DNA of 64,000 nucleotides from Alphaproteobacteria bacterium (GTDB lineage Bacteria > Pseudomonadota > Alphaproteobacteria > UBA828), in assembly GCA_965220745.1 (NCBI GenBank), contig CBDCQT010000005.1, positions 1 through 64,000 on the forward strand, written 5' to 3'. A program made the position numbers and the translations under genes. Every line of letters begins with the position of its first letter. Position 1 is the stretch's first letter. Below, in pieces: positions 29,107 through 39,242 of the stretch. Below the pieces are notes generated by a model. It searched no databases, was not told the origin of the DNA, and saw only the letters and a list, made by a program, of their open reading frames with translations.

Positions 29107-32100
29107 ATGGACCAATTGAGGCAAGGCATGGAACCCTCTGACCTGACCCTCGCGCCAGACGAGATCCGTGCCATCCGGGAAGGGCTTGGGCTCTCCCAGG
29201 TAGAAGCCGGCGAGCTTCTCGGTGGAGGCCCGCGCGCCTTCACAAAGTATGAGGCAGGAACCATCCGGCCCAGAGCCTCTGTGGTCAGGCTGCTACGTGT
29301 GCTTGAAACGAACCCGGATGCTCTGCCGTCCTTGACGGGCAGAGCGCCCCGACCCGCTTCCGCCGGCGAAGCCCTGCCCCTGCAGGTGACGGGTGAGCAC
29401 ATCACGCTCCTGACGGAACGCACATTCCCGGCGCTCCTTCGAAAGCTGCTCAGCGCTGAGGCTCAAGCGCACGGTCTGCCGGAGCATGGAATTCATGTAG
29501 CAGGCAGCATCGCGACTCCCGACGGTGGCGAGGACGGGCGGATCACCTGGAGCGAAGGTCTACCTGGCACTTCGTTTCTGCCGTCTCGGTTCTGCCTGTT
29601 TCAGGTGAAGGCCGGAAAAGTCGCGCCCGCTGCCGCGGCTCTTGAAGTCGTGGGCCGAAACGGGGACGTCAAGCCCATGGTCCGGTCCGCCCTGGAGGCC
29701 GGTGGCCACTACCTCCTGCTCTGTGCTCACCAGTACACCTACCAGCAGATCGACGCCCGGAAGAGCCGCATTCGTGAAGCGATTCGCGATGCCGGGATGC
29801 ACTTCGACGATGCCCAGGTGGAGTTCTGCGATGCCGATTGGGCGGCTTCCTGGGCCAACAGTCATCCCTCCGTTGCGGCCTGGGTGAAGCAACAGACGCA
29901 GCCAGGGACAGTTGGCCCGTTCCGGTCCTGGGCTCACTGGGCAGGGCGCCCCGAGCACGATACCTCTCCCTGGGCCGACGACGATCGTCTCGTTGCGTTA
30001 CGTGAACCGATCCGGGAAGGCGCATCGGGGACCGGCCGTGTCGTCCGTGTCGTCGGGCCGTCCGGGATCGGAAAGTCGCGTCTCGTCCTCGAAGCCCTCG
30101 GGCCGGGCGAAGAAGAGGAACGGCTCGGAGTTTCTCTGGCCGATCTCGTGCTCTATGCGGACGAGTCCGAAACGGTTGATCCCGCCATCAATGATGTCGT
30201 CCAGACGCTTGCCGAGAACGGTCAGCGCGCTGTGGTGGTGGTGGATCGCTGCCCTCCCGAATCCCATCGCATTCTCGTCGGGATGGTGCAGCGCCGGAAG
30301 AGTCGCGTGTCGCTCATCACCATCGATGAGGAGATCCCACCCGATCTTCGGGACCGGACGATCGTCGAGATGAACGAGCATGAGACCCTGGTGAAGGTCC
30401 CTGAAGCGCCCTCGTCTGTCACCGAGGCCATTATCCACTCGGTGTGCCCGGAGCTGCCGTCGGAGGATTTTCGCCGCCTCGCGCATTTCTCCAGGGGCTT
30501 TCCGAAGATTGCCCATCTGGTCGCGCAGGCCTGGACCAGCGCCAGGCCGGTCGCATTCGCGACGGAGGAACATCTCGTCGAGGCCTTTGTTTGCGGGCGG
30601 CGGCTGCCCGACCGCAGGCTCCTCGGGTCCGCGCGTCTTCTTGCCGCTTTTCGGCTGGTAAGGATGGACGGCCCGGAGGCCGATCAGCTCGAAGAGGTAG
30701 CTGTCCGCGGACATGACCTCTCGGCCGCCGACCTCCGTGTCGGCTTCAACCAGCTGATCGACCGCGGGGTCGCGCGGCGCCAAGGTCGCTTCGTCACCTT
30801 GCAACCCCGCCCGATTGCCCTGCATCTGGCCGAGCGCCAGTGGCGGGACTGGAGCCCGGCCTCGTGGGATGCGGTTCTGGGAGGGGACACCAGTCCCGAT
30901 CTCAAGGTGGGTGCCGCAAAGCAGCTTGCTCTCCTCAATACGACTGACGTCGCTCCCAAGGTCGTCGCTCACGTTTGCCGCAACGGGGGGCCGTTCGATG
31001 GCGTCGAAGGCCTCGTGCGGTCTCATCACACGGAGGTCCTCTCGGCCTTGGCGGAGATCGATGCTTGCCTTGTGGCTGAGCGGATTGGGCGTTGTCTTCG
31101 GCACTTCCGGGATCTGGCCGAGGTGCGGGGCGACGTGCGCCGCTACCTGGTCTGGGCTCTGGAGAAAATCGCCTTCGATCCTGACGGCTTCGAGGAAGGG
31201 GCTGACCTCCTCCTGCGGTTGGCTATCGCCGAGAACGAGGCGTATGGCAACAACGCAACGGGGCAGTTCGTGTCGCTCTTCCCGGTCGTGCTCGGAAACA
31301 CGGCTGCGGACGGGTCCACGAGGCTCATGCTTCTGAGCGACGTTGCTCGTTCCGACGATCTGCTACAACGAAAGATCGTCGTCGAGGCCCTGCTCGACGG
31401 GTCGGCGACCGATCACTTCTCCCGTTCGGTGGGCGCGGAGACCCATGGGTCGCGGCCGGCACTTCGCTCGTGGCAGCCAACGAGGGATGAGGCGCTTGAA
31501 TACATCGAGGGTTGTGTGGAACTGCTGATCGAGTTTGCAGCCGGAGGTGATGAGGTGGCGGATGCTGCCCGCGCAGGCCTAGGAAGGAATCTCCGAAGTC
31601 TCGCTGCGGCAGGATTCCTGGACCTGGTGGAAGCGATCGTTCACCGGGTCGGTCCTGCAAGGGATTCCTGGCCGGAAGCCCTGGAAACGCTCGGTGTCAT
31701 TCTGCGGCACCGGTCCTCGAAAGTGGATCCGGAAACCATCAGGCGGGTGCGTGCCCTGACGGACCAGCTTGCGCCTCAGAGCATGGACGCGCGCGTTCGT
31801 TCCCTCGTGACTGAGATGTCGTGGGACTACCTCCGCGAAGAAGAGCAGGACCACGAGCGGCTTTACCGTCGCCAAGTGGGCGCCGTTCGTGAGTTTGCCG
31901 CCGAACTCGTGCGAGAACCCGACATGCTGAGGCGCCAACTGCCCCGCATGAGCCGGCAGTTGGCACCAAGGGAGGGCAGACATCCGCAGCGCATGACTTG
32001 CGCGTTCGGGGAGGCCATTGCCGAGTTCGCCGACGCACCTCTGGACTGGCTCGCTCGCATCACGGAAGCGCTTCATGAGTTGTCCCAGGAAGATCGCGAC

Positions 32101-33237
32101 TTTGACCTGCTGTCTGGCTACCTCGTGGGGATCAACAAAGAGTTTCCCGAGGAGGTCGCGTCGTTCAAGGGAAGGGCCGCGAAGTCGGACGTGCTTGCGC
32201 CCGCGCTTCCACTCGTTTGCTGGCGGCTTGGGATCGTTGCTTCCGACATTCCCTTGGTATTGGCGGCCCTCCACGCGGATCGGTTGCCCCCTTGGCGACT
32301 GATGCAGTGGACACTTGGCGGAGTGCTCGGAGCGGTAGAGGCGCGCGCCGTCGCACCGGCATTCAACACGCTGCTAGACCACAGCGTTGATGGGTACGCG
32401 GTCGCGCTGGACCTGATCGGAATGTATGCCTTTGGTAGGCACGAGGTGCTGGAAGACTTCCGACCTCAACTGCGAAGTATCGCCGAGAATCTCAGGCGGT
32501 GGGAGCCCGCAGGGCGCCATACCAGCGCCGCGCATCACTTCGGGAACCTCATGCAGTGGCTTCTGAAGAAGGGTCGCGACGATCCTGACGCGCGCGTTGC
32601 CGCTCTGGCCCTTTCCCGGGCGCTTGCGGACCGTGAGGACGACTCCACGGAGGGCATGCTCCGTGCGCGCATGATCGAGGAGCGCATGATCGAGCCGGTC
32701 ATCCGGCTTCTCCTCGGAAACTTCCCGGAGATTGCATGGCCCGTCGTCGGCCAGACGATCCTCTCGGACCCTGTTCGGGGTTGGCGTCTGGGCTATCTGC
32801 TGGGGAGCCGCCTGTCCTCTGATGAACGCCACGACGCCGCCATTCTCAGTCTTCCGGAGGACGTTCTGTTCGAGTGGTGCCGAGCCCATCCCGATGGCGC
32901 CCCGGCGTTCACGGCAACGGTAGTTCCCGTACTCACGACCTACGACCGGGATGCGCAAGAGCACACCCTGCACCCGTGCATGGCTCGATTGCTCGAAGAG
33001 TTCGGGGACCGTGAAGACGTGCTGCGCGCCATCGGAAGCAACATCCACTCCTACTGCGGCTGGGGCTCACCGACGGGATACTTCGCGCTCTACGAGGCGC
33101 CTTTGTCGGTGCTGCGTGACGAACATCCCTCCGCAAGGGTACGGCGTTGGGCCAAGGTGACCCTGCGCGGACTTGCCGCCGAGAGCGAGGGGATCCGTGC
33201 CGAGGAAGATGAATGGGCAGCCCGCCATGACGCCTAG
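29107..33237 (+). CDS. MqsA-like HTH fused to PD-(D/E)xK nuclease-like domain, P-loop NTPase and long helical C-terminus; putative defence protein
   Basis: IREGLGLSQVEAGELLGGGPRAFTKYEAG; PDGGEDG...FQVKAG; GPSGIGKSR and VVVVD; GFPKIA. Confidence 0.75.
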   Translation: MDQLRQGMEPSDLTLAPDEIRAIREGLGLSQVEAGELLGGGPRAFTKYEAGTIRPRASVVRLLRVLETNPDALPSLTGRAPRPASAGEALPLQVTGEHITLLTERTFPALLRKLLSAEAQAHGLPEHGIHVAGSIATPDGGEDGRITWSEGLPGTSFLPSRFCLFQVKAGKVAPAAAALEVVGRNGDVKPMVRSALEAGGHYLLLCAHQYTYQQIDARKSRIREAIRDAGMHFDDAQVEFCDADWAASWANSHPSVAAWVKQQTQPGTVGPFRSWAHWAGRPEHDTSPWADDDRLVALREPIREGASGTGRVVRVVGPSGIGKSRLVLEALGPGEEEERLGVSLADLVLYADESETVDPAINDVVQTLAENGQRAVVVVDRCPPESHRILVGMVQRRKSRVSLITIDEEIPPDLRDRTIVEMNEHETLVKVPEAPSSVTEAIIHSVCPELPSEDFRRLAHFSRGFPKIAHLVAQAWTSARPVAFATEEHLVEAFVCGRRLPDRRLLGSARLLAAFRLVRMDGPEADQLEEVAVRGHDLSAADLRVGFNQLIDRGVARRQGRFVTLQPRPIALHLAERQWRDWSPASWDAVLGGDTSPDLKVGAAKQLALLNTTDVAPKVVAHVCRNGGPFDGVEGLVRSHHTEVLSALAEIDACLVAERIGRCLRHFRDLAEVRGDVRRYLVWALEKIAFDPDGFEEGADLLLRLAIAENEAYGNNATGQFVSLFPVVLGNTAADGSTRLMLLSDVARSDDLLQRKIVVEALLDGSATDHFSRSVGAETHGSRPALRSWQPTRDEALEYIEGCVELLIEFAAGGDEVADAARAGLGRNLRSLAAAGFLDLVEAIVHRVGPARDSWPEALETLGVILRHRSSKVDPETIRRVRALTDQLAPQSMDARVRSLVTEMSWDYLREEEQDHERLYRRQVGAVREFAAELVREPDMLRRQLPRMSRQLAPREGRHPQRMTCAFGEAIAEFADAPLDWLARITEALHELSQEDRDFDLLSGYLVGINKEFPEEVASFKGRAAKSDVLAPALPLVCWRLGIVASDIPLVLAALHADRLPPWRLMQWTLGGVLGAVEARAVAPAFNTLLDHSVDGYAVALDLIGMYAFGRHEVLEDFRPQLRSIAENLRRWEPAGRHTSAAHHFGNLMQWLLKKGRDDPDARVAALALSRALADREDDSTEGMLRARMIEERMIEPVIRLLLGNFPEIAWPVVGQTILSDPVRGWRLGYLLGSRLSSDERHDAAILSLPEDVLFEWCRAHPDGAPAFTATVVPVLTTYDRDAQEHTLHPCMARLLEEFGDREDVLRAIGSNIHSYCGWGSPTGYFALYEAPLSVLRDEHPSARVRRWAKVTLRGLAAESEGIRAEEDEWAARHDA

Positions 33238-33323
33238 CACACACCGTATTCGCCTTTCGGACCGTCCGGCATTCGGTGTCTAGCGATCGGCCACCTGGGG
33301 GACGTCAAGAACGCACGGCAGAC

Positions 33324-33542
33324 ATGACCTCTGTGCTCAACAAACTCTTGGTGATTGTGGCCTGCGGGCTCGGCGCGGTTGGCGGCCCCCTCCTTGCTCC
33401 GTGGAGGGCCAGGAGAGAGGCGAAGGCCAGCATCATTGCGGCAAGGGCCGATGCAGCGGTTCTGGAGATCCGGGTCAAAGCGCACGTGAGGGCACGAGCA
33501 CTGGCCGCGACGGGCGAAGCCGCGCTCGAGAGGCGAGCTTGA
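33324..33542 (+). pseudogene. short membrane-anchored ORF, possibly a DUF2806 N-terminal remnant
   Basis: KLL...GLGAVGGPLLAPWRARREAKA. Confidence 0.4.
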
Positions 33543-33606
33543 ACTATCTGGCCTAGCAGGGCGACCAGGGACGGCCGTTGTCCCCTGCCCCGGCTAACAG
33601 GAGCGC

Positions 33607-34080
33607 ATGGTGAAACACGAAGACATCGACGCGGACCTCCAGGAACTCGCGTTCCTCTTTTTCTACAAATACTCAAGGTTCGAGTTCGCGTTGAAGGAGA
33701 ACGGCTTTCTGAGGAACCCCAGCCCCGGCGGTCCAGCGAGCCCCGGCTGGCGCGAGTTTGCCGGTACTCGGTACGCGGCGTATCGCCTCTCGCCCGAGGC
33801 GGAGGACCTCGTTGGCGCTGCTCCGAAGTGCCAGGTCGTCGGAGCCAATGGTCACCTGGAATGGAGGGAGGTCGAATTTGGCGGTTTCCCTGGCGATCTC
33901 GGGAAGGTCGTTCGACTCCTGCAGACGGTTCGAAACAATCTGTTCCATGGAGGCAAGCACGGCGCGGATGGCTGGGACGATCCCGCGAGAACGGCAATGC
34001 TTTTGAGGTTGGGGGCCGACGTGCTCGACCAAATCGCACGGGGGTCTGGCCTCGAAGCAGATTACTTCGAGTGCTACTGA
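33607..34080 (+). CDS. HEPN-like small protein
   Basis: AGGAG RBS; SRFEFALK and RNNLFH (R-x4-H) motifs. Confidence 0.6.
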   Translation: MVKHEDIDADLQELAFLFFYKYSRFEFALKENGFLRNPSPGGPASPGWREFAGTRYAAYRLSPEAEDLVGAAPKCQVVGANGHLEWREVEFGGFPGDLGKVVRLLQTVRNNLFHGGKHGADGWDDPARTAMLLRLGADVLDQIARGSGLEADYFECY

Positions 34081-34143
34081 CGGGCTTGGTTCGGGGTTTC
34101 GGCTAACGCGGTTTTGTCCACAATGTCCCAGGGATTGTCTTCC

Positions 34144-35316
34144 TTATGGCGCGGCGACGAGATCGTTGTCGATGCTGTCGCCGATGCGTGCCGCGGACGC
34201 CTTCACGGTATCACGGGCAAGGTGGGCGTAGCGGGCGGTCGTCTGCACCTGCGTGTGACCCAACAGCTTGCCGATCATCGGGAGCCCTTCGCCAAGCGCC
34301 AGAGCGCGCGAGGCAAAGCTATGACGAAGGTCATGGATGCGGACGTCGTCGAGCTCGGCGCGCGCCCGGATGCGGCGCCAGGGGTGCTGTAGGTCGGTCA
34401 GGTGGCTCCCCGGTTTCTTGCCGGCGATCACCCACGGGTTGTCCTCTTCGCGCGGCAGTGACTCCAGGAGCCGCACCGCCGAGGGCGCGAGCGGCACCGC
34501 GCGCCCGCCAGTCTTGGTGTCCGGCAACCGCAGCTCGCCGGCCTCCAGATCGACATGCTCCCATCGCAGCGTCTGGATTTCCGAAAGGCGGCAGCCGGTA
34601 AGCATCAGCAGCCGGATCGCGGCGACCGCGGAGCGGGTCTCGGAACCGTCCTCAAGGATTTCGTCGAGGACCGCGCCCAGGCGCTGGAACTCCTCGGCGC
34701 TGAGGAAGCGCTCCCGTTTCTCCTCCTTGAACCGCTTGACGTGTAGACAGGGGTTCGAGCCGTCGGGACGCAGGCCCCACATCTCGGCCAGGTTGAACAT
34801 CTTCGAGAGCACGCCGAGCGTCCGGTTGGCCTGGTAGGGTGTCTTGCGCAGGCCGTGGTGCAGCTCGGCGATGTCGCTTCTCTGTATCTCCACCACCTTG
34901 CGGCGGCCGATCCTCGGGTAGATGAAGAGCTCGACCGAACGACGGTACTCATAGGCCGTGCTCGGCTTGCAGTGGGCGGGGACATACTCGTCGAGAAACC
35001 GCTCCCCGAGAGCCTTCACGGTGGCGGCTTTGCGGTCGGCGTCGCGCTGTGCGGCCGGGTCGCCGCCGGCCTTGGCCTCGGAGAGGAGGGCCATGGCACG
35101 CCGGCGCGCGTCTTCCGGCGCGAAGGCCGTGACGGGTCCAAGGGTCATGCGGCGCGACCGGCCCTTGGCGCGGTACTGGGCGACGAAGAACTTGCGGCCG
35201 GAGGCACGCACGCGCACACCGAAGCCCGGCAGCTCCCGGTCCCAGTAGAAGCGATCCGTCCCGTCGGTCTCGAGCTGGTCGATGGCGCGCTTGGTGATCT
35301 TGATCTCTGCCGGCAC
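34144..35316 (-). CDS. tyrosine integrase of the island (arm-binding domain type)
   Basis: WDRELPGFGVRV, TGCRLSEI, HDLRHSFAS, LGH...TARY; next to tRNA fragment. Confidence 0.93.
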   Translation of the reverse strand: MPAEIKITKRAIDQLETDGTDRFYWDRELPGFGVRVRASGRKFFVAQYRAKGRSRRMTLGPVTAFAPEDARRRAMALLSEAKAGGDPAAQRDADRKAATVKALGERFLDEYVPAHCKPSTAYEYRRSVELFIYPRIGRRKVVEIQRSDIAELHHGLRKTPYQANRTLGVLSKMFNLAEMWGLRPDGSNPCLHVKRFKEEKRERFLSAEEFQRLGAVLDEILEDGSETRSAVAAIRLLMLTGCRLSEIQTLRWEHVDLEAGELRLPDTKTGGRAVPLAPSAVRLLESLPREEDNPWVIAGKKPGSHLTDLQHPWRRIRARAELDDVRIHDLRHSFASRALALGEGLPMIGKLLGHTQVQTTARYAHLARDTVKASAARIGDSIDNDLVAAP

Positions 35317-35536
35317 GGTGTCCCTCCGGTTCGCTTGATCGTGGGAAGCACCCTATCAGGCTGGGAAGCGCATGGGAAGCACTGGGAATCAAAAGCGGCG
35401 GTAATGGACGTCTCGGTTTGTCGACGAACTAGGGTCTTGTGTTTCCTGCTAATGCGTTGTAAGTTCGCACTATTGTCGAATGTTGGCGGTCAGGAGCGAA
35501 CCGGCGTCGGGATATGTCGACGGGCACTTAGGCAAA

Positions 35537-35581
35537 CTCATAACCTGAAGGTCTAAGGTTCAAATCCTGCCCCCGCAACCA
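35537..35581 (+). other. att site: displaced 3' half of tRNA-fMet
   Basis: CTCATAACCTGAAGGTCtaAGGTTCAAATCCTGCCCCCGCAACCA; no D arm or 5' acceptor strand upstream. Confidence 0.88.
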
Positions 35582-35584
35582 CTG

Positions 35585-35622
35585 AAAGCCCTTGAAAACA
35601 CTGATGTTTTCAAGGGCTTTTT
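35585..35622 (+). terminator. intrinsic terminator
   Basis: 16-bp stem AAAGCCCTTGAAAACA / TGTTTTCAAGGGCTTT, 4-nt loop, T run. Confidence 0.85.
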
Positions 35623-36352
35623 GATTCGCAGAATTCGGTGGAAACGGGTGCTGTCAACACATAGTCAACACCGCATGCGTCCGTGCGTAGAGCGTTGGTG
35701 GCGACACAGGAATCCGTTCGGGCGAGGCGGCTCGGCAGGCGCGCGCCGAAACATGCTCTCACGGCCGGCCTGCGCCTACACGAACAAGGTCGACCACGCC
35801 GGCTACGGGGACATGCTGACCCTGCTCGGTTGCGGGGACGAGGAACTGCTGGGGAAAGTCGAACGACTGCAACAGGCGAGGCGCGAGCTCGTCCACGAGA
35901 AGGCGCACCTCGAATTCAACGATGCAGGGGAGTTCACGGGGGAGTCGAGGACAGCCCAGGACGAAGCTGAAAATGCGCGGACGGTGGTGCTCGCCGTCGA
36001 GAAGTGGTTCGGTCTGCCTGATTGATGCAACCGACCCGGCGACGGGTCGGGTCTATGGCGCTCGTAGGGATCGGAGGAACGGGCGTCGCGGGGGACGCTG
36101 GAGGAGGTTTGCCCGTCGAGTGGCCGTTGAGACCGCAAGCGGTCGGGATTGGCGTTATCGGTCCGTTCGAGGACCGCGCCAGACTAGCCATGCGTGCGTC
36201 GAAAGCGATCCGGGCCGGCACCGGAGAACAGGCCGTGCGATGGTTCCGTCGACGATGAGCGGGATTACGTGCATCGTGCTCCTGGCGCGGCGCGGGCGCG
36301 ACCGGCGAAGAGCGGGGAGCATGGCGGCGAGCCGAGGCGGCGCGACGGAGAC

Positions 36353-36886
36353 ATGGCGATGGCGACGTCCATTCGTGCCGTCCTGAAGCGATGGGCGACC
36401 CAGCGGGTGGCGGCCGCGGCCCTGGCTGGCGCCGCCGCCTGCGTGGCGGGTCTGGTCTGGCGACAGCACAGGCTGGGCGGCCTCGAGCTTCTGGACAGCC
36501 GGGGCTGGTACACGCCCGGCGAGGCCGCCGCGCTGTTCGACGCCCTCGACCGGCTCGACGCAAACGCCCGGCTCGTCTATGCGGCGACCGGGCTCACGAT
36601 CGACATGGTGTTCCCCGTCGCCTACGGCCTGCTGCTGGCGATCCTGCTGGTCCGCCTGTGGCGAGGCGCCGCGCCACTGTATCTGCTGCCGCTCGCGATG
36701 GCGGCGGCCGACATGCTGGAGAACCTGACCGTGGCCGCGCTGGCTCTGAGTTATGCCGGGGCGCCGACGCCGCTGGCGTGGCCGGCGGCGATCTTCACCC
36801 TGGTCAAGACGGTTCTGATGGCCGCCACGGCGGCAGCGGTGGGCATCGGCGCGATACGCTGGCTGTGGGAGCGCCTGCGGCGGTAG
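36353..36886 (+). CDS. multi-pass membrane protein
   Basis: GGAG RBS; hydrophobic helices; DMVFPVAYG and ADMLEN motifs. Confidence 0.7.
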   Translation: MAMATSIRAVLKRWATQRVAAAALAGAAACVAGLVWRQHRLGGLELLDSRGWYTPGEAAALFDALDRLDANARLVYAATGLTIDMVFPVAYGLLLAILLVRLWRGAAPLYLLPLAMAAADMLENLTVAALALSYAGAPTPLAWPAAIFTLVKTVLMAATAAAVGIGAIRWLWERLRR

Positions 36887-37574
36887 GTCCCTCATGCCTC
36901 GCCGCGCCCTGGCATGCAGCACCCGCGCCGCCGCCCCTGCGAAACATCGCCGGCGCACGGCGGTCGTGCCGCAAGCGGTCGATCACGCGTCGTGATGCGA
37001 GATGAGGCGGGCGATCCCGATATCGCGGCATGCGGAGCGGCCGGAACCCAACGGTCCGCCGGCGTCGCGGGCCGATCCGGTTCGCCCGTCCTGCCTTGTT
37101 TTCCCCCATGCCTCGCGGGCATGAATCCCGCGCGCATCGGCATTTTCTTTTCCCGCGCGGGGCCGCTATCGACGGGAAGCGGAAAGGGGAGAGCGCGGTC
37201 CGGACGGGCCGGCAGCCCGGCAGCCCGGCAGCTTGCGATGCCGGATAAGGGTTTTCAACAGCCGCCGTCGCAAAATCCAACTGGCCCCGGACGGCCGCGT
37301 TCCCACCTGACTGCCGAAGCGCATCCCCTTCGGACGCGCCCCTGCCGAGATACGGGGGAACCGGGCGATGAACGCGCGAAGCCATGAGTGCCGGAAAGCC
37401 GGACACGATCCCGGCCGCGGGACGCGCCGGCCCGCGCCTTTCGCCAGCCGGGCCGGCCAGGCCCGGGTCCGTCCTCGATGACGGCGCTCCGCATCCGGAA
37501 GGCGTCTTCCGACGGCGTGGACGTCCGGTGCAGGGCTGCCCCAGGACAGGGAAGTGGCCCATGACCGGGGCTGC

Positions 37575-37655
37575 CGGCGACGGCGACCGGGAGCGGCTCG
37601 AAGCGCTGGAACGGGAGAACCGGGAATTGCGCCGGGCGAACCAGGCTCTGCTGAC
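37575..37655 (+). pseudogene. IS3-family OrfA remnant
   Basis: RERLEALERENRELRRANQAL leucine-zipper motif. Confidence 0.5.
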
Positions 37656-37707
37656 GATCCTGGCGCTGGTCGTTTGCGCTGCGCCGCCGACGACCGCGCC
37701 GCCCGGT

Positions 37708-38025
37708 TCCGGCACGGACGAGGACGCAGTTCCGTCGACGAATCCCGGCGCTCTGGCGGACGAAGGAGCGCGGTGGGAAGCGGATCTGGAAGGCGAGGCG
37801 CCCTGGGAGACCGTGCTCGTTCCGCGAGGCACGTCGAAGTGGTGATGCCTCCGGCGCCCGGCGTGTCGAAGGTGGCCTGTGGGCGAGGCTGGCCGGCGCG
37901 GGCATTCCGGGCCGAAAAAGCGCGGAACGACAAACATTTGCGCCGGCATCGGGGTCGCCCGAATGGCGGCAAAGATTCTTCCCGATTCTCCCCAAAGTCG
38001 GGGACGCGCAATCCGCGGCCGCGCC
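37708..38025 (+). repeat. 318-bp direct repeat, copy 1
   Basis: near-identical to 39243-39560. Confidence 0.93.
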
Positions 38026-38434
38026 CTAGACTTCGACTTCACGGCATGCCGCCTGCGCATGAATGTTCCGGCGACCGGCATTATCCATGCGGGTCCGGGT
38101 TCGCTAACAAGGAGGAACGGAGCAGGGAGAACGCAGGGTCCGGACCAGCTTTGCTGCGGCGCCCGCCGACAGGCATCGCCATTGGACGGCATTGACAAAG
38201 GCAACTGGACGCAAGCGACCGCGTTCCCACCTGATTCCGTAGCGCATCCTCGGAGGATGCACCCCTGTCAAGACGCGGGGAACCGGGCGATGAGCGTCCC
38301 AGGCGCGGGCAATCGGGCAGCGAAACGGGGCCTCGGCGGCTGGAGGCGCCGAACGGCGTCCGATATGCGTGGAATATCAGTCTCTTGCGCGGGTTTCCAA
38401 GCAGGGCGGAGCCGGTTGCTCCGGCCCGCGACGG

Positions 38435-38460
38435 CGCCCGATAACTGTTGTTATCGGGCG
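38435..38460. promoter_or_regulatory. putative tyrosine-recombinase crossover site
   Basis: CGCCCGATAA-ctgttg-TTATCGGGCG; further half-site at 38652-38669. Confidence 0.5.
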
Positions 38461-38759
38461 TCGGTCAACTGATTCCCTCTACTCCACAGGCGACCGTCGG
38501 GTCGCCCCCACCACGTGCAAGGAATGCTAGGGGACGCCTGGACACAATTCAAGCCGTTGTTGTACCGAGCGGTTCCTGCCTCCCGCCGCACCGGCACCAT
38601 GTCGCGGCCTGCATCCGCACCCGGGAGTCGACGCCGCTCGCTCGCTGAAATCGACGCCCGATAACTGTTTTGGGAAAACCGCGACCCGCCACAATTCTCG
38701 TCGGTCGGAGGCGGCGGACACCCCCCTGTGCGCACGCCCGATGGTACGCCATCGCGCCC

Positions 38760-39233
38760 CTATGCGCGATGTTGAATCCGTGCGAGCTGGGCCGCCCCGC
38801 TTCGCTGCGCGATGAGTTGCTCGCCGTAGCGATGGACCATGACGGTGGTCTTCCACCGTCCCGCGTGCAGGATGGCGGGCATGCCGATCCCCTCCGCGAC
38901 CATGTCCTGCGCCGCTCCCACCCGCGTGCTGTGCCCGGAGATGCGCGCGACCACCTCATCGGGCAGGTCGGCTGCGCAGGCCATTCGCTTGAAGATGCGC
39001 GAGACGTGGCACGCGTCGAGCCCCTCGCCGACGGCGCCCCGGCTGAGCGAGCGGAACAGCCGGCCCTCGCACACCCCACTGCGCTCAAGCCACTCGTGCA
39101 CCAGAACCATGGAGTCCGGCGCGAGGTACGCGGTCGCGCCCCGACCCTCGGGATCGGCCTTGGAGCGGCGCACCAGCACGGTCGCCGCGCCGTCTGAATC
39201 CTCCACGATGTCCGTAACTTGCAGTGCCACCAA
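38760..39233 (-). pseudogene. Cre-like tyrosine recombinase, C-terminal fragment
   Basis: RRSKAD, SGHSTRVGAAQDM, AGRWK...MVHRY; N-half missing. Confidence 0.8.
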
Positions 39234-39242
39234 CCGCCCGTG

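Noticed and set aside
35537-35581. functional tRNA-Met
   Set aside because: No 5' half; T-stem mismatches; explained as att remnant
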